From the NCBI GenBank assembly GCA_021204335.1, contig JAJPZM010000306.1, forward strand, positions 1-57,440: a DNA stretch of 57,440 nt, written 5' to 3'. Under the pieces are notes generated by a model. It saw only the letters and a list, made by a program, of their open reading frames with translations, ran no database searches and was not told where the DNA came from. The position numbers were made by a program, and so were the translations under genes. Below, one piece after another: positions 1 through 9,285 of the stretch. Source of the DNA: Parabacteroides sp. GTDB taxonomy: Bacteria > Bacteroidota > Bacteroidia > Bacteroidales > Tannerellaceae. Each line of letters starts with the position of its first letter. Position 1 is the first letter of the stretch.

Positions 1-1451
1 GCTACCTTATAAGGGATTATTACATTTACATAGTCTTTTAAAACTTCTTTCTGTTTGTCAATATTATTTCTAATCCATTAAAATATTCAGCAGTAAAATC
101 TGTTCGTTGGTAACGTTCTATATTAGCTTGATGTAGACTAATTTTACTTTCTACATCTAGCATACGTTGATTTATAGATTCTATTTCTTTATTTATCACA
201 ATAGCCTTTTCTTTGTAATCAGATAAAGAAATAGCATCAACTTCATAGGCTGCATAGGCTTTTCTACTACTATTCTTACTACTAGCCAGTAATGTTTTTA
301 AAGCTATTGTTTCTTCATTTAATTGCTGAATGCTCTTTTGTTCTTCTTCTACCTTTTCCTGCTTCTGTGCTTCATTTAAGGAAGATAAGGTTATTAACTC
401 AGTTTTCACTATGTGCCATACTATAGTAGTCAAATTAGCATCATTTAAAGCCAACCCAATAGAGCCCTGTTAATGTAGTGTCTTTAGAATGACACCTCCA
501 GTTAGTAATTCCTTTTGCTCCTTTGGTTGATGGTGAAAAGTAATAACCACAATTAGGGCATTTAATAAGTTTCTGTAGAAGGTATTTTTTTGCTTTTGGA
601 TATACTATTAACGTTCTATTCTCTTTCAACTTCTTTTGAACCCAATTAAAAGTATCTTTATCTATTATCTGTGGTAAGTTAATTACATATACTTCTGGTT
701 CTTCATTTGGTCTATCTGGATCAGCTATTTTTAAAGTAGTTTCACCTGTATAACCAGTATATGTTAAGTATTGTCTTATATGACCTGTGGTAATATGAAG
801 GTCATATTTACCTTTCACATATCTAAGTACACTACTTAAAGAGCCATCTTCCTGTAAGTACCGATTAAAAATATCTTGAATTATAGCTGCTTTTGGTTCA
901 TCAATAATAAGAGTGTTGTAATCAGCTTTATTTCCACCTACCCTTTTATATCCAAAAGCAGGTCTACCTCCAAAAATTTGATTCCTTCTGGCATTTTTAC
1001 GCTTACCAGAAGCAAATCTTGACTTCATTGATTTTAGTTCTTCTGCTGCACTATCAAAGTAAAATCCTAACTGTTGTTCAAAGCCTGTATCCACATAGCC
1101 AGTAGTAGGATCAATAGTCCATCTACCTTTATCCCTAAAATAGATAGGTACTTTCAATTCATTATTAAATTCTCTGATCCATAATCTACCAGTTATACTA
1201 TCTCTAGATAATCTGGAAACTTCATTGATAAAGATAACATCTGCTTCACCTAGTAAACAAGCTGCTTTAAGAGAACGAATAGATTCTCTATCTTCTTTCC
1301 TCACATCATCTTTACCTGTTATATACTGCCCAAATATTAAGTATTCTGGCACTGTATAACCAAAATCTTTTGACAATTGTGTCAAATCTTTTAACTGCCT
1401 GTCATAATCCTGTGAATCAGTACTACAACGTAATAATAAAACTGCATTCAT
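1..1451 (-). CDS. Large serine recombinase/integrase (resolvase, recombinase, Zn-ribbon and coiled-coil domains), split by two apparent frameshifts (about 465 and about 68) and running off the window
   Basis: N-terminal LLLRCSTDSQ catalytic Ser motif, EVSRLSRD, GGRPAFGY, IKCPNCG...WRC Zn ribbon. ORF 38-454 carries the coiled coil. A shifted frame continues DKQKEVLKDYVNVIIPYKV to base 1. Confidence 0.9.
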
Positions 1452-1484
1452 ATTTTAATATATTTGTTTATCATTTTGATACTG

Positions 1485-1492
1485 CAAATATA
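1485..1492 (-). promoter_or_regulatory. Bacteroidetes sigma-A -7 box (TATATTTG) for the integrase
   Basis: Matches TAnnTTTG on the minus strand 34 nt upstream of the ATG at 1451. Confidence 0.6.
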
Positions 1493-1499
1493 GTAAAAG

Positions 1500-1553
1500 A
1501 GATTGAGAGTAAACTTATATAATAAGTTGGACGGAACCAGTTACTATCAATCT
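1500..1553. other. Hybrid att site (attL or attR) of the serine integrase
   Basis: Imperfect inverted repeat AGATTGAGAGTAA (1500-1512) / TTACTATCAATCT (1541-1553), 12 of 13 matching, flanks the composition switch and the point where transporter similarity begins. Confidence 0.7.
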
Positions 1554-1835
1554 ATTGCCATCCTGTTTATTGCGCAGGTACTAGGAATCGACCTTAGTTT
1601 CACCCAGCTATTGATTATCGTAGCAATGACGATCCTCTCCTCTATCGGCATGCCAGCCATTCCCGGCGGAAGCTACGTGATCCTGACAATGGTATTGACC
1701 TCTGTCGGCATCCCGGCGGAAGGCCTTGCCCTGATCCTGGGAATAGACCGCCCGCTCGACATGCTGCGCACCGCCGTTAATGTTACGGGAGATGCTACGG
1801 TTGCTACGATTGTAGATACAGGTAATACGAAATAA
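1527..1835 (+). pseudogene. 3' fragment of a DAACS-family dicarboxylate/amino acid:cation symporter (GltP-like), disrupted by the element
   Basis: (L)DGTSYYQ corresponds to the family NMDGT motif; SIGMPAIPGG and GIDRPLDMLRTAVNVTGD are C-terminal signatures. The N-terminal ~300 aa are absent. Confidence 0.9.
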
Positions 1836-1837
1836 TG

Positions 1838-3448
1838 TTAACGAGGTCTGTTACCTCCAGGAAATCCGCCAGGATTACCACCCGGACCGCTTGAATAAGA
1901 GCCGACCGTCGTTACCATCGAACCGGTGGTGAAGGTGGCCGCCTGCGTGCCGCCCGAGTAAGTGGCTCCGGTATATAAGCCGTAGAAGTCGGACCCACCC
2001 GTCACCGAACCGCCGGTATAAATGGTGTAATCGGAATCGGATGCCAGGGCGGGGCTACTGAATAATAACGTCATCTGCTGAAGCGTGCGCGGGATCTTGA
2101 AAGTGAGCACGTCTGTCCCATCGGTTGCGCTGATATGGAACATCGTGTTTTGCGTGACGGAACCTCCATAGACCAGCGAAGGTTGCTTGCAGGTGTTGGC
2201 CGTCGGGATGCTGGTTCCGCCACCTACTCCGATAAGGGTACCGCCGGTGATGGTGAAGGTATTCTGGTTGCAATCGAAACCGTCCTCGGGAGAAGAGGTG
2301 CCGATGGCAACGACGGTGCCGCCCGTAACGGTCAGGGTGCCGTTCGAGTCGATGGCATCGTTTGCCGTACTATAGCAATAGATTTCGCCACCGTTGATGA
2401 TAAGGGAAGTGGCTGCATTGATGCAATCGTCGTAAGCCTCGACAATGATATAGCCATCGTTGATAACCAGTTCGGCTTTGCTCTCGATGCCTTCGGCTTC
2501 CTGGCGTGAGGTTTTCACCCGAATATTACCACCGTTGATAGTCAGGTCGCCCAAACTTTTGAATCCTTTGGCGGACGTACCGGTTGTTGTGATATTAAGG
2601 GTCCCGCCATTGATCTCCATATAAGGATCGATAGAGGAATCGGTTCCTTCGTAAGAGGTGGTGATGCCTTCGTCGCCACTCACAATCGTGATGTCGCCGT
2701 CCTGGATCAGGATATAGCCTTCCTCGCATTCGATGGCATCCTTCGTAGCGTTGATCGACAAGGTGCCGCCGTCTATAACAACGGCATCGTTGGTGTGGAT
2801 GCCATCCGACACTTTGCTGGTGAGGTTGAAGGTTCCCTCATAAATGCGTACATAATCGTCGCTACAAAGGGCATGTTTGTTATTGCCGTTGACCGTCAGC
2901 GAGCCGCTGCCATTAAAGATAAGCTGCCCTTCGCTAAAAAAGGCGGCTTTCTGGTCTTCGCCGGTATCGGTGCTATAAGAGGAACCATCGGTTAACGTAT
3001 TCAGCGTACCGTCATTCAGTTGCACGAAGACACGTTTATGAGATTGGATATTGATGGCAGGTCCCGAAGGGTTGGTAATGCTCACGCCATCGAGCGTCAG
3101 TTTGAATTTATAATCGCTATACACCTTCAGCATGCCATCAGTAGTCGAGCCGGATACCACATATTCTATTTCTTCCTCCGTCGATACGATAGCCACTTGA
3201 TTGTCATTAACCTGTACTTCAACCCCGTTTCCTTCCATCGGATTGGATACGGTCACCGTATTACCAAATGTAATCGTTACCGTATGAGAAAAGTTAGAGT
3301 TTTTCACCTCATCTTTTTCGTCATTGGGAACGGTTTTCGATTCTTCTTCCGAAGGTACATCTTCTGTATCGCAAGCCGGCAGAAAAATAGCCGGCATACA
3401 CAAAACAATAACCAATAGAATTGATTTTACCACATCACACTTTACCAT
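1838..3448 (-). CDS. Carbohydrate-binding domain lipoprotein, Cthe_2159/DUF4353 family (beta-helix)
   Basis: Lipobox LPAC; GPAINIQS, NTLTDG, AAFFSEGQLIF; repeated I.I.GG...I/DAIDSNG coils; Gly/Pro-rich tail. Confidence 0.85.
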   Translation of the reverse strand: MVKCDVVKSILLVIVLCMPAIFLPACDTEDVPSEEESKTVPNDEKDEVKNSNFSHTVTITFGNTVTVSNPMEGNGVEVQVNDNQVAIVSTEEEIEYVVSGSTTDGMLKVYSDYKFKLTLDGVSITNPSGPAINIQSHKRVFVQLNDGTLNTLTDGSSYSTDTGEDQKAAFFSEGQLIFNGSGSLTVNGNNKHALCSDDYVRIYEGTFNLTSKVSDGIHTNDAVVIDGGTLSINATKDAIECEEGYILIQDGDITIVSGDEGITTSYEGTDSSIDPYMEINGGTLNITTTGTSAKGFKSLGDLTINGGNIRVKTSRQEAEGIESKAELVINDGYIIVEAYDDCINAATSLIINGGEIYCYSTANDAIDSNGTLTVTGGTVVAIGTSSPEDGFDCNQNTFTITGGTLIGVGGGTSIPTANTCKQPSLVYGGSVTQNTMFHISATDGTDVLTFKIPRTLQQMTLLFSSPALASDSDYTIYTGGSVTGGSDFYGLYTGATYSGGTQAATFTTGSMVTTVGSYSSGPGGNPGGFPGGNRPR

Positions 3449-3468
3449 AACCTTATTCTTTTGGGGTT

Positions 3469-3626
3469 CAAAAGTAAAACCGCTTCCTGTTCCGTTAAAA
3501 AAGAATCTATAAACAAACCGTTTTTATCAGCAAACAGAAACAATTGGAAGAGTACCTGTTTTATTGAATAAAACAAGAACTTCATTGATTACTTTTTCCA
3601 GTACGGACCCCCTCCCCCTACTTTTG
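3469..3626. promoter_or_regulatory. Divergent promoters, both with a TACTTTTG -7 box, each preceded by a 21-bp-spaced direct-repeat pair (candidate LytTR sites)
   Basis: Plus strand: TTTATTGA 3560, TTCATTGA 3581, -7 box 3619-3626. Minus strand: TTTGCTGA (3534-3527), TTTATAGA (3513-3506), -7 box 3476-3469. Confidence 0.55.
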
Positions 3627-3669
3627 AAACAGAATTGTAATCAGTGTTTCAATTAGTCAGAAAGGCAAT

Positions 3670-4449
3670 ATGGAAGAAAATGTTATCTGTTCAATGCTGG
3701 AAAACTTCCCATCCATCTCCCTCGCGGAGATGGATGGAGTCCGGCTGATGAACCGGGTCGACACGAAATACACGACCACGGACGAAGGATTAAAGCAGTT
3801 CCTGCTTCTGCTTGAAAAAGATTATTACGTACAGGAAATCAACGGCAAACGCATCAGCCCGTATCGCACCGTTTATCTGGATACGCCCGGGCTTGCCATG
3901 TATCTTGCCCACCAGAACGGACGCCGGACGCGCGAGAAAATCCGCATGCGCTCGTATATCGGTTCCGACCGGACATTCCTCGAAATAAAAGACAAGAACA
4001 ACAAGGGAAGGACGCGGAAAGTACGCATGCCGCTCACTTCGATGAACGCGTATCTGATGGCAGAAGCCGATGCATTCCTATACGAACATGCTTCGTTCCA
4101 GCTGGAAGATTTACAATTGCAGGTAGAAAACTCTTTCGACCGCATTACGCTGGTGAACCGCGAGAAAACCGAGCGGCTGACGATCGATACGAACCTGCAC
4201 TTCCGCAATCTTTCTTCGGGCAGGGAACAATCGTTGCCGGGACTGGTTATTATCGAATTGAAGCAGGACGGCAATATACCTTCGCGGGCAAAATCGTATT
4301 TGTCGCAATTGCATATCCATCCGGTAAGCATCAGCAAATATTGCCTGGGCACATTGCTCACCAACCCTTCAGCCAAGCATAACCGTTTTAAAAAGAAACT
4401 TACTCAAATAAATAAACTAGCAAATTACTCGTATGGATACATTTTTTGA
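3670..4449 (+). CDS. VTC-domain (polyphosphate polymerase-like, CYTH/TTM fold) protein
   Basis: LMNRVDTKY, YRTVYLDT, REKIRMRSY, FLEIK, ERLTID, IIELK, SISKYC. Confidence 0.9.
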   Translation: MEENVICSMLENFPSISLAEMDGVRLMNRVDTKYTTTDEGLKQFLLLLEKDYYVQEINGKRISPYRTVYLDTPGLAMYLAHQNGRRTREKIRMRSYIGSDRTFLEIKDKNNKGRTRKVRMPLTSMNAYLMAEADAFLYEHASFQLEDLQLQVENSFDRITLVNREKTERLTIDTNLHFRNLSSGREQSLPGLVIIELKQDGNIPSRAKSYLSQLHIHPVSISKYCLGTLLTNPSAKHNRFKKKLTQINKLANYSYGYIF

Positions 4450-5116
4450 TATAGCAGAAGACGTGCAATTGATGGGTACGCCCGTTATGGATATGGATGC
4501 GTTTACGCAACTAATCCTTCGTTTCCTTTTCAACTTTGTGGTCGTGGGGATTATTATCCATTTCTTTTATTATCCGAAAAGCAAACGCAGGGATTACTAT
4601 TTTACCTTTTCGCTGATCAATGTAAGCGTCTTCTTTCTGATTATCCTGATGGGAAGCGTGAAACTGAAGATAGGGTTTGCATTGGGCATCTTTGCGATTT
4701 TCGGAATTATCCGATACCGCACCGAGTCGGTGCCTATCCGGGAGATGACTTATTTGTTCATTATTATTGCCCTGTCGGTCATTAATGCCCTGTCGGTCCA
4801 GATCAGTTATGCGGAGTTGCTGGCAACGAATTGCATTTTCCTGCTCGTCACCTGGCTGCTCGAGAGCGAACGGTGGCTGAAGCATATTTCCTGCAAACTG
4901 ATCCTTTACGATAAGATCCAATTGATCGTGCCGGAGAAACGGACAGAGTTGATAAGCGACCTCCGCAACCGCACCGGGCTGGATATCCAAAAGATTGAGA
5001 TCGGACATATCGACTTCCTGCGCGATGCGGCTTTTATCAAAGTGTATTACGAATCGGAAGTGAGGGAAATCAATTCGGTGGATACATTAACCCGCTTTCC
5101 GCGGGAAGGCGAATAA
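4433..5116 (+). CDS. DUF4956 family membrane protein
   Basis: GFALGIFAIFGIIRYRT...IREMTYLF motif, several TM helices, overlaps the VTC gene as is typical for this pair. Confidence 0.9.
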   Translation: MDTFFDIAEDVQLMGTPVMDMDAFTQLILRFLFNFVVVGIIIHFFYYPKSKRRDYYFTFSLINVSVFFLIILMGSVKLKIGFALGIFAIFGIIRYRTESVPIREMTYLFIIIALSVINALSVQISYAELLATNCIFLLVTWLLESERWLKHISCKLILYDKIQLIVPEKRTELISDLRNRTGLDIQKIEIGHIDFLRDAAFIKVYYESEVREINSVDTLTRFPREGE

Positions 5117-5139
5117 AAACAAGAAAAGGAGGGCTGGAT

Positions 5140-5814
5140 ATGAAACGTTTGAAGACAATTGGGTTTGCAATATGCCTGCTGGGTAGCGGCATGGCTTGGG
5201 CACAGGATAATACGGGCGCATCGCTGAGTGCGGAGGTAACCAAGAAGATACTTCCGGGATTGAACCTGTCGCTCGAAGAAGAATTCCGCCTGCGCGATAA
5301 TCTGGGCGAAACAGACCGTTTCTCCACCACGCTCGAACTAAGCTACCGTCCCCTGGAATATCTGAAACTGGGCGGGGCTTACAACCTGATTAATTACAAT
5401 CATGAAACAAAAGGCTGGGAAGTGCGCCACCGGTATTACTTTTTTGCAACCGGCTCCTATCAGTTTAACCGTTTTACCGTATCTTTACGCGAACGTTTTC
5501 AAAGCACCTGCCGCGTCGGAGTGAAAGAGACCAGCAAACGGGCGAATCCGAAACTCTACCTGCGTAGCCGGCTTGAAGTGGAATATAATATAAGGCATAG
5601 CAAATTCGAGCCCTTCGCCTCGGTGGAGCTCTACAATACGCTCAACGATCCGCAAGGGAACAAAATGAACAAACTGAAATATACAGCAGGAAGCAAATAT
5701 AAGTTGAACAAGCGCAACTCGCTACAAGTGTTCTATCGCTACATCAATTTCAAGGATGACGACGAAGGGAATGGACAACACATGATCGGATTGGGATACG
5801 CTTATAAATTTTAA
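5140..5814 (+). CDS. DUF2490 family outer-membrane beta-barrel
   Basis: Signal peptide ending AWA-Q, LEEEFRLRDN, SLRERFQ, terminal aromatic YAYKF. Confidence 0.85.
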   Translation: MKRLKTIGFAICLLGSGMAWAQDNTGASLSAEVTKKILPGLNLSLEEEFRLRDNLGETDRFSTTLELSYRPLEYLKLGGAYNLINYNHETKGWEVRHRYYFFATGSYQFNRFTVSLRERFQSTCRVGVKETSKRANPKLYLRSRLEVEYNIRHSKFEPFASVELYNTLNDPQGNKMNKLKYTAGSKYKLNKRNSLQVFYRYINFKDDDEGNGQHMIGLGYAYKF

Positions 5815-6950
5815 TGGATATGGAAACACAGGTACGGAAACAGAAACTATTGGAGAACCTGATCTACCTGATTATCTGGGTGGTAATTTTGATCTCTCCC
5901 CTTCTGAAACATAAATATAACGGAGATACGATCAACTGGAACGATATCTTTCAAGCCTGGAAAATGATTGCACCTTTCTTCCTCTTATTCCTTATTAATA
6001 ACTATATCCTGATCCCGCTATTGCTGATACGGAAAAAGTCGTGGCTTTACCTACTATTCACTTTCCTGACGATCGGTTCGATATTTACATTCAACCCGTT
6101 TATGAAGTTCAAACAACCCGGCAAGAGGGACAAGCGACCGCTGCACGAGTTTATGATGAACCGCCCGCCGGTAAACGACGAGATGCATCAATTCCCGATG
6201 GAGAAGGAACCCTATGAAGGAATGCGTCCCCCGATGTGGCAAATGCCGGACATGATCTCGCCGATGGTAAACTATATTTTAATTGCCCTCCTTGTACTCG
6301 GGCTCAATGTGGCGATCAAATTCCTTTTCAAATCGATCCGCGACGAACACCGGATGAAGGAGCTGGAAAAGCATACGTTGCAAACAGAGTTGGAATATCT
6401 GAAACATCAGATCAACCCGCATTTCTTTATGAATACGCTCAACAATATCCATGCCTTGATCGACCTCGATACCGAGAAGGCAAAGGAGACGGTGCTCGAG
6501 CTTTCGAAGATGATGCGTTATGTGTTGTATGACGCCACGCAACCCACGTTGCCGTTGACGAAGGAGATCGGTTTCCTGAATAATTATATCGAACTGATGA
6601 AACTACGATACACCGACCAGGTAGAGATTCATATCTCGTTGCCCGAAGAAGTGCCTGCCATACAGATTCCGCCATTGCTATTCATCTCTTTCCTCGAAAA
6701 TGCCTTTAAGCATGGCATCAGTTACCGGCAGAAATCATTCATCCACATGTCGATGGAGATTAAGGGAAATGAGTTGGAATGCCAGGTAATCAATAGCAGC
6801 TTCAATAATGCCGGCGAGCAGTATAAAGGGGTCGGGCTGGAGAACGTAAAGAAACGATTGCGGTTGCTATACGATAATAATTATACACTGGATATCCGGA
6901 GCGAGAATAACGAATACCGTATTTTACTGATAATACCCATACAATTATGA
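5814..6950 (+). CDS. LytS-type sensor histidine kinase
   Basis: N-terminal TM helices, LKHQINPHFFMNTLNNI, ENAFKHG, GVGLENV. Confidence 0.95.
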   Translation: MDMETQVRKQKLLENLIYLIIWVVILISPLLKHKYNGDTINWNDIFQAWKMIAPFFLLFLINNYILIPLLLIRKKSWLYLLFTFLTIGSIFTFNPFMKFKQPGKRDKRPLHEFMMNRPPVNDEMHQFPMEKEPYEGMRPPMWQMPDMISPMVNYILIALLVLGLNVAIKFLFKSIRDEHRMKELEKHTLQTELEYLKHQINPHFFMNTLNNIHALIDLDTEKAKETVLELSKMMRYVLYDATQPTLPLTKEIGFLNNYIELMKLRYTDQVEIHISLPEEVPAIQIPPLLFISFLENAFKHGISYRQKSFIHMSMEIKGNELECQVINSSFNNAGEQYKGVGLENVKKRLRLLYDNNYTLDIRSENNEYRILLIIPIQL

Positions 6951-7696
6951 TAAGATGTATTGCCATCGACGATGAGCCGCTTGCGCTTACGCAGATAACC
7001 GGTTATATCGGGAAAGTGCCTTTCCTTCAGTTGGTCAAAGCGTGTTCGAATGCGTTGGAAGCATTGGAGGTTATTTCCTCAAATCCCGTCGACCTGATCT
7101 TTGCTGATATCAGTATGCCCGACCTCAACGGGATGGATTTTGTCAAGTCGCTGATAAAAAAGCCGCTTATCATCTTCACGACGGCCTATTCGGAGTATGC
7201 CGTCGAAGGTTTTCGCGTCGATGCGCTCGACTATCTGCTGAAACCGTTCGGCTACGGCGACTTCCTGAAAGCCGCCAACAAAGCGCTCCGGCAGATGGAG
7301 TTAATGAAAGCGCCTGCCACCTCTCCCACCCAACAGGTACCAAGAGACGAGAGCATTCAACCGGAGAATAGCAACCTTTATATCAAAGCAGACTATAAGA
7401 TGATCCGCATCGATATGAATAAGATATTGTATATCGAAAGCCAGAACGAATACGTCCGTATTTTTACGGAAGACCAGAAGCCGGTCATGTCCCTGTTGAG
7501 CATGAAGCTACTGGAAGAGCGCTTGCCTTCGGACCGGTTTATGCGGGTGCACCGTTCCTATATGGTAAACCTGTCGAAGATTACGGCGGTGGCGAACAAC
7601 CGGATTATCTTCGGAAAAGATGTTTATATCCCGGTGGGCAACCAGTATAAGGATAAGTTTACATTGTATTTGGAAACACATTTTCTGGGGAAATAG
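6947..7696 (+). CDS. LytTR-family response regulator
   Basis: IAIDDEPLA receiver domain, DISMPD, DYLLKP, FMRVHRSY LytTR domain; ATGA overlap with the kinase. Confidence 0.95.
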   Translation: MIRCIAIDDEPLALTQITGYIGKVPFLQLVKACSNALEALEVISSNPVDLIFADISMPDLNGMDFVKSLIKKPLIIFTTAYSEYAVEGFRVDALDYLLKPFGYGDFLKAANKALRQMELMKAPATSPTQQVPRDESIQPENSNLYIKADYKMIRIDMNKILYIESQNEYVRIFTEDQKPVMSLLSMKLLEERLPSDRFMRVHRSYMVNLSKITAVANNRIIFGKDVYIPVGNQYKDKFTLYLETHFLGK

Positions 7697-7743
7697 ATAT
7701 TTATTGTATCTTTGGATTCGAATAAACTATTTAATCCGATAAT

Positions 7744-8506
7744 ATGAAGATCATCACATACAATGTAAACGGCCTGCGCGCCGCCGTTGGGAAAGGACTC
7801 CCCGAGTGGCTCGACCGGGAACGCCCCGACGTTCTTTGCCTGCAGGAAACCAAGTTGCAACCCGAACAATATCCTGCCGAAGCGTTCGAAACCCTAGGCT
7901 ATAAAGCCCATCTGTTCAGTGCGCAAAAAAAAAGGTTACAGCGGCGTTGCCATCCTTACCCGCCGGGAGCCCGACCATGTGGAAACAGGCATGGGCATCG
8001 AAAAATATGATAACGAAGGCCGCTTCCTGCGTGCCGATTACGGCGACCTGTCTATCGTCAGCGTCTACCACCCTTCGGGAACCAGTGGCGATGAACGGCA
8101 GGCTTTCAAGATGGAGTGGCTCGAAGACTTCCAGAAGTATGTCGTGGAATTGCAGAAGACATGCCAAAAGCTGATCCTCTGTGGCGATTACAACATCTGC
8201 CATGAACCGATCGACATCCACGACCCTGTCCGCAACGCAACCAACAGCGGCTTCCTTCCCGAAGAACGCGAATGGATGACGCGGTTTCTCGATGCCGGCT
8301 TTATCGATACTTTCCGCTTCCTCAACCCGGAGAAACAACAATACACCTGGTGGAGCTACCGTTTCAATGCACGAAAAAACAACAAGGGCTGGCGAATCGA
8401 TTACTGCATGGTGAGCGAACCGGTGAAGCCGCTGCTTAAATCGGCGTATATCCTGAATGATGCGGTACATTCGGATCATTGTCCGGCAGTGTTGGAGATT
8501 GAGTAA
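7744..8506 (+). CDS. xth: Exodeoxyribonuclease III, with a frameshift in an A9 run at about 7925-7933
   Basis: MKIITYNVNGLRA, LCLQETK, KKGYSGVAI, GDYN, GWRIDY, SDHCP. -7 box TATCTTTG at 7707-7714. Confidence 0.92.
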
Positions 8507-8521
8507 CACATTTACAGTTTC

Positions 8522-9189
8522 ATGGAAAACTATTTCAAACGAAATTGTTTCATTCTCCTATTTATTCTTCTGGCATCGATGGCCTGTAACTCCTTGCAGG
8601 CTATGGACGGAGCCGGTATGGCGTTCAAGGTAAGCCTGTCCGGGGAATATACCGCAACTTTTCCTTCCTGTTTGAGGAAGATATACGCCCTCAAAGTAAT
8701 TTCCGGCAAGCGGAATGGTTTCTGACGACCGGCGAGGTAAATTATACATTCAACCGTTATCTGAAAACGGGAGTCGCTTATATGTTGCTTAACCAATATA
8801 AAGCAGCTAACGAATTGCGTAACCGTTATTATATCTATGCCTCCGCCAATTACCCTATCGGCAATTTCTCCCTCTCCCTCCGCGAACGGTTTCAAAGTAC
8901 TTACAAAACAAAAGCCCCGCATCCGACAAACTATCTGCGTACGATGCTGACACTCTCTTATAAGATACGGAGAACAGGCTTGGTTCCTTTCGCTTATGCC
9001 GAATTATTCAATAACACCGGTTATCGGGGAAATATGCATACCGATCGGATCCGCCTTTCGGCAGGAAGCGACTACAAACTGAACAAGCTGAATTCATTGC
9101 AACTGTATTACCGCTATCATATATTCAATGTATATGATCCGGTAAACTACAAGTATGCAATAGGCGTAACCTATTCCCACCGTTTCTGA
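8522..9189 (+). CDS. Second DUF2490 outer-membrane beta-barrel, with one frameshift at about 8645
   Basis: Signal peptide. A shifted frame reads FEEDIRP...YLKTGVAY into ORF 8782-9189 (SLRERFQSTY, YKLNKLNSLQLYYRY, terminal YSHRF). Similar to 5140-5814. Confidence 0.75.
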
Positions 9190-9250
9190 AAAAAATATGT
9201 ATCTTTGCAGCCGTAATTAAAAAACATGATACGGAAAGTCTCCGCTTTCC

Positions 9251-9281
9251 CGAGTGCTTGATAAACCTCGTAAAAAACAAG
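9251..9281 (+). ncRNA. Candidate preQ1 class I riboswitch aptamer
   Basis: CGAG-UGCUUGAUAAAC-CUCG-UAAAAAA-CAAG: 4-bp P1, loop CUUG able to pair with the 3' CAAG, A-rich L3. Ends 4 nt before the yhhQ ATG; -7 box at 9200-9207. Confidence 0.6.
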
Positions 9282-9285
9282 AATT

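Larger units (their letters stand above)
1..1529. mobile_element. End of an AT-rich integrated element (prophage or ICE/IME) carrying a large serine integrase; continues beyond the window start
   Basis: Markedly AT-rich until about 1530, then a switch to host-like composition. The integrase lies next to a junction that truncates a host transporter gene. Confidence 0.85.

Noticed and set aside
441-470. Stop-codon reassignment in the mobile element
   Set aside because: The integrase break is a change of frame, not an in-frame stop.
7925-7933. Programmed ribosomal frameshift in xth
   Set aside because: I know of no precedent for xth, no clear stimulatory structure is visible, and it fits the window-wide homopolymer error pattern.
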